From positions 124,001 through 188,000 of the forward strand of contig CT867990.1 of NCBI GenBank assembly GCA_000165425.1: a DNA stretch of 64,000 nt, given 5' to 3'. This document shows positions 13,546-26,900 of the stretch, piece after piece; the first letter of the stretch is position 1, and each line of letters begins with the position of its first letter. Position numbers and translations under genes: made by a program. Below the pieces are notes generated by a model, which worked only from the letters and a program-made list of their open reading frames with translations, was not told where the DNA came from and searched no databases. This DNA is from Paramecium tetraurelia (lineage: Eukaryota).

Positions 13546-14289
13546 ATGACAGATTTTGCTTTGACAACCTTCAGTAGCAAAGGCAAGTTGTTGTAAATTG
13601 AATATGCATTAAATGCAGTGGCAAAGGGAGATACTGCTATAGGAATTAAGGCTAAAAATGGGGTGGTTTTGGTTGTTGAAAAGAAATAATCATCCATTTT
13701 GATTGAAGAATCAAGTGTTCAAAAAATAGCTTCGTTGACAGATAATATAGCAGCTACATATGCTGGTTTAGGACCAGACTTTAGAGTGTTATCACAATAA
13801 GCAAGAAAATTAGTGAAGAAATATGATTTGAAATATCAAGAGGAGATTTTCGTATAAACATTAAGTAGAGAATTGGCAGAGGTATAAATATAGAATAAAA
13901 CTAGGATGTACAAATAGCTACATAGAGAGGTGGAATAAGACCATTTGGAGTGTCTATTCTTATAGCTGGATATGATGAGGAGGGACCTCATTTGGTGTAA
14001 CTCGATCCCAGTGGTGCCTATTATAGTTGGAAGGCAACAGCAATTGGCAAACAAGCCAAGAATGCAAAGGCATTTTTAGAAAAGAGATACAATGCTGATA
14101 TGGAAATTGAAGATGCCATTAATACAGCCTTATTAACTTTGAAAGAAGGTTTTGAAGGTATAAATATAAATATATATCAAAGGATAAATAACACCCACTA
14201 ATATCGAAGTAGGAGTGATTAGGGATGATCACGTATTTAGGATCTTGCCACCCTCTTAAGTAAAGGACTATTTGGAGGAATTAGAATGA
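13546..14289 (+). CDS. PSMA2: 20S proteasome subunit alpha type 2
   Basis: [21 protein letters not shown]...[11 protein letters not shown]...[14 protein letters not shown]...[16 protein letters not shown]...LTLKEGFEG, with two tiny introns. Confidence 0.95.
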
Positions 14290-15059
14290 TAATTGATTAT
14301 GAGATATTTATGAAATATAAATCAACCTTAGATAAATCGTTTTTATAAATATTGAGCAGATTCATAAACAATAGAAAATAGAACTAATTATTGATAATGT
14401 TGTGAAGAAATTATATATTAATATTACTAGCAATTAAAATATAATTATTGCAATTCTGATAAATTATTTTTAATTTTTGAATTAATATATCTACAATTAG
14501 AAATATAAAGGGTACTAAATATACGAAAAAAGAGCTTAAAATTTCATCAGGATAGAATCCAAAGTTGAACATAGATATTATGAAGCCAATTGCATTTTTG
14601 ATAGATTTCAGATTCAGTTTGAAGCACTTATCAAATCCAATTCCCACAAAGCAAGTATTCAATCATTACTCATCCAATTGAGTGTGAATCCAAAAAACTC
14701 AAATTTGAACTGATATTATTTTACAATTTATGCTTTGACATAATTTAAAATTGAAGACCATAATAATCACTAATAAATCAATTTTATGAAATGCATCAAA
14801 CAAAGTGAAATACCTCTTGGGGATATCTAGAATGAATACTTAACCCTCTAATCAAGTACATCATTACTGCATCATATTGAAATTCATAAATACGTTTTGA
14901 TCCAAAGGAGTGAAATAAAAGAATAAATCAATACTAGATTAACAATTTAACATAATTTGGTCTATTATTTTTAATATTGTCATGATACCCAAGCAAATTA
15001 GAGTAATAAAACCTTCAAATAATTACATTTGCTATTCAATAAGTTAAGGTAGTCTATAT

Positions 15060-15079
15060 TATATATATATATATATATA
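15060..15079. repeat. (TA)10 microsatellite
   Basis: Direct reading of tatatatatatatatatata. Confidence 0.9.
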
Positions 15080-15084
15080 ATTTA

Positions 15085-15740
15085 ATTAAATCATTGAGGT
15101 TTTGATTTATGAACGTTGGCAGAATAACTTTGTAGCTATTGTTAACGATATTACTACATTCTCAAATCTCTCATTAAGCCACTGTTAGCATTCTAATCTA
15201 TAGGGTTCCCTCTATTAGTAAGCAAGATCTAACAGATTTTCAGCTTCAAGTATAGGTTAAGGATAATTATCAATTAGTTATTCTAAAACTATTAAATATA
15301 AATTACTTGATAATATCATATGACAGATAGAATATGCTAATTATTATTCACATAGACTCTCTAAATCAATTTCAATTTATGTGCAATTGATAATAAATTC
15401 TATCCAATAGGACTGTTACTTTTATTAAGGAATTATCCATACTTTTAACGAAGAATATCGCCATTTTGTATGGAAATGAATCATATTTATATAAAAGTCT
15501 TAGCATAAATTTTTATAATTATGGTTAATATTACATAAGATTTATGGATTCATAATAATTTTTCTTAGTAATCCTCCTCACTTGATTAAATTCTTATCAA
15601 TATTAATGGATCTTTCTAAAATATTCAACTCTTATTGTTCGATTAGAAAAATGTTTATTTAAGCTTTTAGGATTTTCTGAATTTCCTCTTTAGTATCCTT
15701 TGTGAATTTCGATTTAACAAATAGATTACTTATTTAATAT
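15085..15740 (-). CDS. Probable hypothetical protein, boundaries unresolved
   Basis: Coding-like minus-strand frame IEIDLESLCEQQLAY...YPQPILEAENLLDLAYQQREPYRLECQQWLNERF. Confidence 0.3.
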
Positions 15741-15774
15741 GTTATGTTAATAATTTAGTATTAAATAATATATT

Positions 15775-18365
15775 ATGATTTATGTACCTATCTTGAATAG
15801 ACACTTGGCCATGTTAGGTCTTTCAGTGATTGATTTAGCATTCGGGGTGGTGAATAACTAAATTTAAACAATCATTCTCAATGCCGCCCTTCTCGGAATC
15901 ATTTTATGTAAGTTTGTTCTAACATATTCAAGTCATTATACTTTATAAATACAAATACTAGAAGAAACCTAAATTGTTAGAAATTTCAGTTATGCTTTAT
16001 TACTGCGCTTATTAACTTTCATTAAAAGGGGTTCCTTACATTTGGTTTAGCCTGCTTTCTATAGCAGCAAATAAACATATTGTCTAATTCATAATTTTAT
16101 TGCTAATAATCGTCGTAACATCTGCTTAGATTGATCCCATTTGTCCAATATGTCACTTATAGTTGTTATTAGAATAAATATTCCTGATGGGATTGCTCAT
16201 ATTAAATCGATTTAACTTTTTAACTTAGAAGAAGAAGGCTTAAAAGCAACTATTAAAGTAGATATTTCGAAAAATCAGATATTGTTTATACGATGAAAAT
16301 CTGATGGATGTTGATACCAATAAGTAGAGCGCACCAGAAATATCTGTTCTATCTGGAGTTTCCTTATATTCCAATCGACTAGATAACCAATAATTACAGT
16401 TTAAATCATAAAAGGATTTGAAAATTAAGTGTTACTCTATTAGTAATGGTAATGAGCAAGAATCTCGTATTTTTGGTTCAAAGCCATTGGTATTTGATAG
16501 TATTAGTGGTTTTCTTGAAATATTTTAGAAGGAATTCAAAGAGATGCAAAATAAAATTATTTTGGCATCTGAACTAGATAATCCAACAGGATAAAAATCA
16601 AAGAGGAGAATTTATGTTTAATAGTTTTGTAATTTAGGTAAAAAATACAATTTAATTGCAATGTTACAATAAGATGATAACTTAATGAACAAATAGAACA
16701 AAAATATCAATAAATTCAAATTAAGTTTATCCAAAATATTTACTCATAAGTTGAAAACTCCCTTGAACACAACTCTTGGGTATTTGTAAACTGCCATTTC
16801 AGAAAATCTTAATGTAGATGAACAATTAAAAAGTTAATTTTTAAAACCTGCTTTTATTAATTCAAAAATTTAATTTTATTAAGTGCAAGATATTTTAGAG
16901 TACATTAATTAAGAGGATTTATTGTAATTTCGAATAGTGAAGGTGAATCTGAATAAAACCCTAGGTCTTATTTATGATTTAATTGAGTTGTAGTGTAGAG
17001 CAAAATAAATAAAAATAGAATTTTTGATAAATGAGAAGCCATTTAACACAAGGGAGAAGTATTATTATTAGTTAATTTTAGGCCTATTTATATTTAAACA
17101 GATTAATAGAGATTGGAAAGAATTCTCTTCAACCTATTGAATAAGTCTTACAGACACACTCAAATCAACGGTAGAATTTGTCTTCATATTCTAATTGATT
17201 CTGAGTTGAATCAGGTATAGTTTAAGATTAATGACAATGTTTTGGGATTCAAATAAGAATAAGTCGATTAAATCAACTCTTTTGCTTAACAATAGAATAA
17301 ATCAATCTCTTAATTTAGGAATTCCATAGTCAAGAAATCTAAGTTCAAATTTAGTTTGACATTACAAATCACTAATAAATTAATCTTTTTCTTAAGTGAT
17401 ATGCAATGTTCACTTCAAGTCAGAAATACGATTGAAGAAGGTGCAAGTTATTATTTCTTTATCAGTATGAATTGCCAACAAGGAAGTTTCCAATAGACAA
17501 CGGATGTACAAGCCCTTAATTTGAGTTCTTAACATAAAAGTACAATCACTTTAAAGCAACCCTTAAATAGCTATCCTTTTCTTGGTTACACCAGAAGCCA
17601 AAATCAAATGAGGTAATTTCTATGATTATATCTATCTAGCAAAGAGAGAATCTACGACGGTTTAGATGTGGATGAAGAACCCTGCGCTAATAAACCGTTT
17701 TGTTTGAGTACCTAAAATTTCTCCTATTCTCCCTAATAAACAGTTTTGAGAACTCAATAGGCTTAATAGAGCATAATTCAATATCAGAAAAACATCTATT
17801 AAAGGGATTTCAATGAGAAATCACTAACAATGTCTTTAGCATTTGAAAGATCATTGAATATGAAAAGAATTGGAGATTCAGTAGACATCAGACAAGATTT
17901 CAATTAGACAATTATGTTAGTGGATGATGAACCCTTTAATCATGATACATTAAAACTTATGTTGAAAAGTCTTGGTTTCAAAAACTTCATCAGTGGATAC
18001 AATGGTCAATAATGTATAGAATTAGTATAAAAACATCATACTTCGATTAAAATTATATTTATGGATTTAGACATGCCCATTATGGGAGGAATCAGAGTAA
18101 AATTACATATAAATCATAGGCAACTAATATTTTGATTGAACTGATGCAATAGAATGAAATTGACTATATTCCCATATTGGCATGTACTGCTCATGATGAT
18201 AAAAATACTCAAGAAGAGTGCCTTGAAGCAGGAATGCTATGTGTCATTGCAAAGCCAGTATTTGTAAGGAGTTTGCAAGAGGCTTTTGTGAGAGTGAATG
18301 AAATCAAGCAAAGAACTTTAAATGTCTTTGCTGGATCTAAAGTCATATCATCAAGTATAAAATGA
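15775..18365 (+). CDS. Membrane-anchored hybrid histidine kinase 1 (TM-HisKA-degenerate HATPase-receiver)
   Basis: Hydrophobic N-terminus, H-box FTHKLKTPLN (16745), RLERILFNLLNKSYRHT, and receiver IMLVDDEPFN...FMDLDMP...CTAH...KP. Confidence 0.9.
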
Positions 18366-18437
18366 TTTATCATTATGATTCTCTTCTTATATCTGTCTAT
18401 TATAAATTGAATATTACATATTATTATTAATTATTAG

Positions 18438-20851
18438 ATGACCCACAATACAGCATAGTTTTGTATTATGTTTAGTGCTGTAGTTCTCTTGGATTTAATC
18501 TATAGTATATAGGTCAATGAAATCCCGATGGTGGTGTGCAATTCATTGATTTTATTGTTTTCCATAAGTAAATTCGCCCATTTAAATATCAAGTTCATTA
18601 GTTCGTCAAATTCAAGATCAATAAATGTGAATACCTTCTGATAATCGTCTTGTTCTTTCACAATGCCGTATAAATATACTATTATGGAAGGAAATCATTG
18701 TGGTTTTTGATTTATCTTTTACAAATATTCAAATTGGAATAACATACTCAAATACTTAAATATTGTAAATTTACTTAATTAGCTGTCAATATTATTATAT
18801 ATTCTATTCAATATGATGGTCAAATCAATTTTGCCTATTTTCAGTAACTCAATTATTGTATTTTCATCTTAATTTATCAAATTTACAATTAAAACGAACA
18901 GGTGTCAGAAATCGACATTGCCCAAAATTAAATTATTGAAGATATCAAGTAATTAATAATTTTTAAACTATTTGATCAGAAATGTAATGATCTCTCCAAA
19001 AATGCCTCTAACTTCAACTATAATTAATTGCAGACTACTCCAAACTAAAACAATGATAACCAAAACTTTCAAATCAAAGCTTATTAAGATAAAGAGTTTG
19101 ATAGTCCTGCTTAGAATCAATGTGGATGGGAACCTAGCATTGTATTTAATGATTATCAGACATTTATAGAACATATCAAAAGTTAAGATAATTAAGATTC
19201 TTAATATCATTATGTGGCTATATAAACTGATTTTATCAAGAATATCAAAACAAAATATAATGTTTTATACAAAAAATTCGGAAAAAATGAGTTAATTACA
19301 ATTGCATTAATTAGAATTGACAGTTTCCACCAAAGATTAATGATTTGGAAGTTCAATAAATTCAAAAAATACTTCTATGACATCTTTGCTCATAAATTAA
19401 AAACTCCCCTAAACGCTTCCTTAGGTTTCCTATCATCTGCCTACAACTATACTGAAATGGATAATGCTATCAAACAGAATTATATTAAACCTGCATATAT
19501 CAACTCTAAATTGTAATATTTTTAAATATCAGATCTTCTGGAATTTCTTAATCCATAAAGTGATTAAACCAGAATCTAATATTATAAAATTAACATGAAA
19601 TCATTTCTATTTACACTTAATGAATTGATAGAATCTTAATGTTAAAACAAAAAGATACTATTCTAAGTTTTTGTGGAGAATGTTCCATTAAATAATATCG
19701 ATAAGTATAATCTTAGAAATAACCATTTTATAGATTCTACATTTTATCAGATTTACTCAAGTTAGAAAGAATTCTCTACAATTTGCTTAACTTAACTTAC
19801 AGATACACTCCATAAAATGGCCAAATTACACTTAATCTATGCATAGATAAGAAAAATTCAGAGGTCTTATTTATCATTAATAGTAACGAATTCTTGTTTA
19901 ATAATGAAGAACTAGAAAATATAAATGAATGCATTAGATGCTAAGTGGAATTTCAATATAAAAAAAAGTCAATAGCACTTAAGAAAGAAATTAAATTGTC
20001 CTTAGAAATCACTAATCATTTAATTAATATACTAAATGATTAAGAATACCATCTTGAGATTTCTTAATCAGATGGTGGGACTGAATTCAAATTCAAATTA
20101 ATCATTAAGGAAAATAAACTAACTGAAGGATCTTTGGAATAGTTCACTATTGGTTTTATGTTGAAATAGAAAAGTACTAAAACTGTAAATTATGGAACCA
20201 ACGAATAATCATGTAATAGTTCCAATTTGATTAAACCAAAATCATTATCACTATTTTCATCCTCAAAAGTTGTGCATGAACCATAAGCAAACACTCCTAT
20301 TACTACTCCAATAAATTAACCGAAGACGTTCAAGACCCCAGCCTTGAAAAGGTTACGATCATCCTTTGCAGATAGAGTTTTGATAGACTTTGATCAGAAA
20401 ATTTTAATTGTTGATGACGAACCATTCAATCATGACATTTTGATTTTGATGATGAAGACTATGGGTTATACTTAATTCCTAAAAGCATATAATGGACAAC
20501 AAGCAATCGATATAGTCAAAGAAAAGAAAGGACAAATTTCCATAATAATTATGGATTTAGACATGCCTATAATGGGGGGAATCGAAGTATGTTTGCATAA
20601 TAATTATTAAGGCTACAAGAATTCTGGTAGAAATGATGTTGGATTAAAAATTAGACTACATACCCATAATTGGTTGCACTGCTCATGATGACAAGGAAAC
20701 CATAGATAAGTGCCTTTAGATTGGGATGCTTTATGTTGTGGTGAAACCTGTATTTGTAAAAACACTAAGGGAAGCATTCTAACAAATAACTAACATGGGG
20801 GATGGGAGAAGAAGATCTTTGTTATGTTTCACTTCTTAATTACAAATTTGA
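18438..20851 (+). CDS. Membrane-anchored hybrid histidine kinase 2
   Basis: H-box FAHKLKTPLN (19391), KLERILYNLLNLTYRYT, and receiver ILIVDDEPFN...IMDLDMP...CTAH...KP. Shares intron positions with HK1. Confidence 0.9.
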
Positions 20852-20882
20852 TTTAATTATTATTAATATTAACAATACTAAT

Positions 20883-23255
20883 ATGTTTAATGAAATAGAT
20901 CAAAATGTTAGGATCATCTTTTTACTACAATTAATATCAATTCCATTTTCGATTATCGAACAGAAATATATAGTGTTAATATTGAATTTAATAGAAGTTT
21001 CATTGATTATAGGTATACACTTTATATTTTATGTTAAGTACATTTAATCACTATAAAATTAGACTGTTATATTTTTCATTCAAAGGTGATTATATTGCTA
21101 TTTCTATTAGCAAGGTCATTATCAATGTTTGGTTCAACTGATTTTTGGATTGTAATTTATATATACAACCTAAAAAAAGACATCGTAATACTTAATTAAT
21201 TTGCAGTTATTTCAATGTTAATAGTTTGCATCAACTAATTTAATAGTGTTCACAATAAATCATATTAGTAAACTATTATAGAATTAGTAGTCTTATATTT
21301 GTTTGATGCCTATTTGCAGTACAACAATTATAAAAGCAATGAGAAACCAAACAAAAATCAATTTTATAGGAAATTTAACATTGCTCATTAAGAAATCCTG
21401 AATTCTTGTCATGATCAAAAAACAACGTAATCTAAACAGCATAATCAAAGAAAGAATGTGTTAATTGTCAATCAATGTCAAATTAATGAATCTCGCTATT
21501 AAATTTACTAGGCATAAGACTCAATTCCGAGTTTAAAAGATATATTTTATCCCGAATGGAAAAAGACTTACTATTGCTCTTCAGAATAAGAATTACTAAA
21601 TGTATATGATAAAGAAAATTCGAATTTATTTTATATTCTATATATACCATCAGAGAAGAGCAAGGAAATTTACAGAGTGCAAATTACAAAAACTAAGGCT
21701 TAGGATTATATATTATACTATACTAAACTAGATAGTCTCTTGTACTTCAAAATGAAAGGATCAAAAAGAAAATTCAGATAAAATTTATCTTAAATATTCT
21801 CCCACAAACTCAAAACTCCATTAAACTAAGCTTTGGCTAAGATTACATCAATGCTTACTGATAAGAATGTGCTTCCATATCAAAAAGTCATTCTTTCATA
21901 AATCTATATCCAATAGAAATGTCAATTGTATGGCATATTGGACTTTTTAGACTATGTTAATTCAGATTCCATGACTTTCTAACCTTCTCGTATTACCTTA
22001 ATGTAGATTATCTAAAATGTTAAAGATCTAATTAGAGAGTAATGCAAAGCCAAATCAATCAAATTACGTATACTAATTGAAAGCAAACAATTAAAAGATT
22101 ATAAAGGGTATCATCTTTAATAATATATTGTAGAATGATTGTACTATTTACTGATTCATTGAAATTGGAAAGAATTCTTTACAATTTGTTAAATAATGCT
22201 TATCGACATTCTAATCAGAATGGAACAATTCATTTAACTGTGGAATTGGTTTAAGGAACGTTGAATTTTGCAATAAAAGATTCTGGAATAGGAATGACGG
22301 TTGAAATGATGGCGGATTATAATTTATAATTTTAATGTCTTCAAAATCCTTCGAAATCAATCAAACGCTCTTGGAACCACAAATTAGGAACTACTTTATT
22401 AGTGACCAACAAATTGGTTCATTTATTAAATGGAAATAAGGGTCAGATCTAAATTCTTAAATAGAATGAGTCTGAGTTTAAGTTCTCCATCTTACAAGAA
22501 TTGAATATAAACAAAGGAGTGTCAGACATAGGGTTTGGCAGTTTGAGTTCAGATAGATCAGAAATGAATGTATTAATTAATTAGTAAGATCACATGGATG
22601 AAATTTAAGAAGAGGATGATTATATAGTAAATGAACCAAAGAGTTAGGAAATAAAAATAGAATAGATCAAACATGCAAGGAATTATAAATAGATCACTCT
22701 ACTACCTCAATCTCAAGGTCAAAGTAAACATTCATAATTGTTCAATAAGAGATCTTCATCTATTTTTGATGTGAATTCCTTTTTGAGATAATTTAGTTTT
22801 AAGGACGGTGGGATAGAGTCCAACCAAGAATTAATTATAGATAAAGATCAATATATTATGATTGTTGATGACGAACCATTTAATCATGATGCTCTACTAA
22901 TGATGTTGATGAGATTAGGATATGGTAATTTCATGCATGCTTACGATGGAAGCGATTGCATAACTAAGACAAAGGAGAACCACTCTAAAATTAAATTCAT
23001 TTTAATGGATTTGGATATGCCCATTTTAAATGGATTTAAGTAATTAATAAATATTAATTCAGAGCCACATCCTCACTTATTGAACTAATGAAAACTAACT
23101 AAATTAAAATGATTCCCATTATAGCATGCACTGCTCATGATGATTACTTAACTGAAACACAATGCAAATCTGTCGGTATGATAGACATCATCATCAAACC
23201 AGTCTTTTTAAAGCAACTATAAGTTGTACTGAAAAATATCCCTAAAATCCTATGA
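20883..23255 (+). CDS. Membrane-anchored hybrid histidine kinase 3
   Basis: H-box FSHKLKTPLN (21803), NLLNNAYRHS, G1 DSGIG, and receiver IMIVDDEPFN...LMDLDMP...CTAH...KP. Confidence 0.9.
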
Positions 23256-23582
23256 AACTTCTCATGATATTGATAATATAAATATTTTATATCAAATAAA
23301 TATACATATGATACTACTGTATATTGTAATAATACTTAAATTTCACAAACTACAAATATTTATTATAATCAACTATTTTTAAAATATTATAATTTAAATT
23401 ATCGTCACTATTTTTTTAAGTCATTTAAATATATTAAGTTATGAATATTCTTATTCACTTCTTTCTAAACTTACGTATTTTCAACAAGTTCTTCCATATA
23501 TAATGCAGATGGTTAGACAATTAGAAATATGATGCAGATAAAGAAATGATAAAACAACTAAAATCAAATTGAATATATGTTT

Positions 23583-23756
23583 TCAAATGGAAAAATTGAT
23601 TTTGTTCTCTTCTTAATCATTTTCTAAAAATAATAATTGTTTCTTAATTGGATTTTATTCTTAATCATTAAAACTATAAGTGCAGTTCTTCCTTTTCTTC
23701 GGTGCTTATGGGTGTAGTAAGGACTTTTGCTTTTTCTCTGGAGTTCTTTAATTCAT
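23583..23756 (-). CDS. 57-aa small protein with TP, PxAPxK and KxLxF motifs (candidate CDK inhibitor)
   Basis: Intronless table-6 ORF MNQRTPEKKQKSLLHPQAPKKRKN...PIKKQLLFLEND...FSI*, with higher GC than its flanks. Confidence 0.5.
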
Positions 23757-23961
23757 TATTAATAATAATAATGAATTTATAATTTTAATAGCCTAAATAA
23801 TAATTTTAGATAAAGCTTTAAACTTCTGGATAATTAATTGTGGGAATAATAATTAGGAATGTTTTTAAATTAATTTTTAGATTGATATTTGAATTTAATG
23901 TAAATGAGATTGAAGCGAATTTTCTAGAAATTATATGATTAATAATAAATAAATATAAATA

Positions 23962-26900
23962 TCATTTAGATACATGGATTTGTGATTTTGATCTCATACT
24001 TCTGTGTTAACTTCTCATAGAATAAAGATCCTCCAATTATTAAAAAAAACTTTATGAATAATTCTAGATGACTCCTGCTAAATCCTATATAAATTAGGCC
24101 AACATAACTTAGTTTTGATAAACTATTCTTCCCTCCTAAGCTTGAATCTTAGAAAGAACAAAAATAATTGTCTAACTTACATGCTTGTGGGTATCATCTA
24201 CCTTGTATATGTATTAAATTGAAGAATCTTGATTTAAATCATCTTGAAGATCATCCACTTCTGCGAGTCTTTATCTTACTTAAGAACCCATAGTCAAATA
24301 GTTTAGACTACAACTATTTTTTTTATCGTGAGTTCTTGGAGTAGTGGTATTGGTTGGTTAAAATTTTGAATTTTTAATTTAATACAATACGATAGTACTT
24401 CTGACATCAATTTTATTTGAATCTATCTCAAATTATTTAGCCATCTTGTTCATACTGGAATGAAATTATTTAATGTGAAATTTAATTTCTTAATTTTTTT
24501 GATCCTTCATAAATTTAAGATTTTCACATATTCTCATTTGACCTGTCTCAAACAACAATTTTTCATATGTCCAAGGACCATTACCTATTTTAGTGAAAAC
24601 TATCTAATTATCTTCAATACTAATTAAATACCACCTACCATCAATAGAGTGAATTAATTTAAAGAATGAAGTATCTGGAAGCAATTAGTAAGTAAAGTAA
24701 TTTTCAATTAAATATAAAATCTAGAAAAAATATTTAAGATTTGGTTTTGGAAATTTTAAGATTCCCATTAAAGAAAATAATATCTTACTCTCTACTTTAA
24801 ATTTATTTTAAAATTTTAACTCTTTGATCAACTCGAATTTTTGTCCAAACTCGTGCTTTAAGAATTCTTCTTCTTATTTTTTTATATATACTTCACTAGT
24901 GTCTCTCAATACTGCATTCTATATCAATAGATCATGATTGGAGATATTAATCTGTTTTCTCTTAAACATTTCATCCTTTTTGATTTCATTTCTTATATGG
25001 ATTATATATTCTGATGTTACATTATAAATATTATGAGATTCTCTTATGAATTTCTATTCTAAAAATTCTTGATAACCAATAAAATAATCACAATAAATCT
25101 TTTGAATTTCAAACATAGATTCCTCTATTATTTATATAAAATCTCCTTATGGTTTTATCTTCTTTGTCACTTTATTACTATTAATACCAACATTTAAAAT
25201 CTTATTATATGCTTTGATTTCTATTTGAGGTTCAATTTCTATTGGAATCTCAATTAACTCGTCTTAATTGTGTTTCAATTTAGAACTTCTGCGTTTAAAT
25301 TGTAACACATCTGGGTTGTCATCATTTAAAATTGCTGTTTTTTTCTATAATTGTAAAGCATTACTCAGTTCTGATCCACTTCTCAGATCATTATCTGTTC
25401 CAAAACTACTACCTAATATTGCTTCATCTTAATAATTCAATTCTACTGCTGCTCTCTCTTCTGGTTTGTATTGTTCCAATTCTTATTCAAATAGAGTCTT
25501 TGATACCACTGTGAATACTTCCCAAACTAACCCTCCTATTAAAGCTAATAAAAAAATAGACAAGAAAACAAAAGAACCCACAAAAATCATCGGAACTGCT
25601 AAAGTGTTAGTATCATATGATAATTCAAAAACTATTTAACCCCAAGAGGCAGCTGTAAATATTTATAGCATCAATAAATATGATCCACCCAATGAATTAA
25701 AATCTGCATATTTGCATTATCCCCATTAAAATCTAAACTCATTTGGATCACATGAATTATTCTGATAAGGATTCTGTTCATCATCTTATAGACCTCCATA
25801 TATATATATTCCAACACAAGCATATGTGAAAAACACTATTTAGACTGGCAAAATCAATCTAAGGATAAGTGGTATACAAATAATGATTTTATATAGTAAA
25901 TTCTTCACATGAGCAAATATTTCTAGGCCTTATAGCAAGTATCCAACTAATTTGATTGACCTAAATGCTCTAAATATTCGAAATGCTTTTTAAATTTTTG
26001 CTATTCTTAATATTCTATTTGCTTTAATTGATTAAACAATATTTCCAGTTACAAAATTAAATAAAACATAATCAAATAGAATTTATAGAAATATTATACT
26101 TACATCAAACACATTCCTAATTTTAGTTATTTATAATTATACCATCCATCACTAAAGAAATCCACAATTCCAATTCCTATCATTTTAACCAAACATTCAA
26201 AGATATATATCCCTAAAAAAACTGTGTCAATAATGTCAAAAACACCTAAAATTTCAAGATCATCAATAAAAAATGCTGTTATAATGAGAGCACAGTTTAA
26301 TATTGTTATTGCTAGCATGAATAATATGAACCCCTATTTTCAAATAGATATATTACCCAAGATTCGATAAACTTTTTCAATCCGTATTTATTGCAAAATC
26401 TTTGGAATTATTCCCAACATTTTAATGATTTCATTCGAGGCAGTGATATCCTTTTGCTATTCTATAACACTGCTAACAATTAATTAAATTCATCAAACTA
26501 TATCTTATCACTATTTGAGACAATACTCTTACTTAAAATCTTTATCAATTTCTTAAAATATGATTTGTATTTGATCATCTGTTAACTGACCTCGGTAAAA
26601 GGTTCTAAGGAATTTCTTGAATTGACTTTCAGTTAAGTAACCCACATCATTTGAATCAAGTGAAATGAAGCTGGCCATCATAGCTGATTTTTATTTGATA
26701 ATATCTTAAATGGCTATTTACATTCTATGTTTTCGAAATCCTTCATACACAATAGCCAAAGGGATGGGTTAAAAGAGAAATAAAAATAGAATTATATATA
26801 TCACAAAAAAGAATACATAATAAGTTCCTTACATTAACACAGGTATCATTATATCTGGATAGAAATCAAGAGTTGCAGTCATAAATAACATATTAAATAA

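Noticed and set aside
14300..15050. Open frame of ~120 codons on the plus strand and hydrophobic antisense ORF
   Set aside because: Strand and start could not be determined; long open frames arise easily when TGA is the only stop.
15775..23255. Bacterial contamination or recent horizontal transfer of an HK operon
   Set aside because: The genes have spliceosomal introns, in-frame TAA/TAG Gln codons and host-like AT content.
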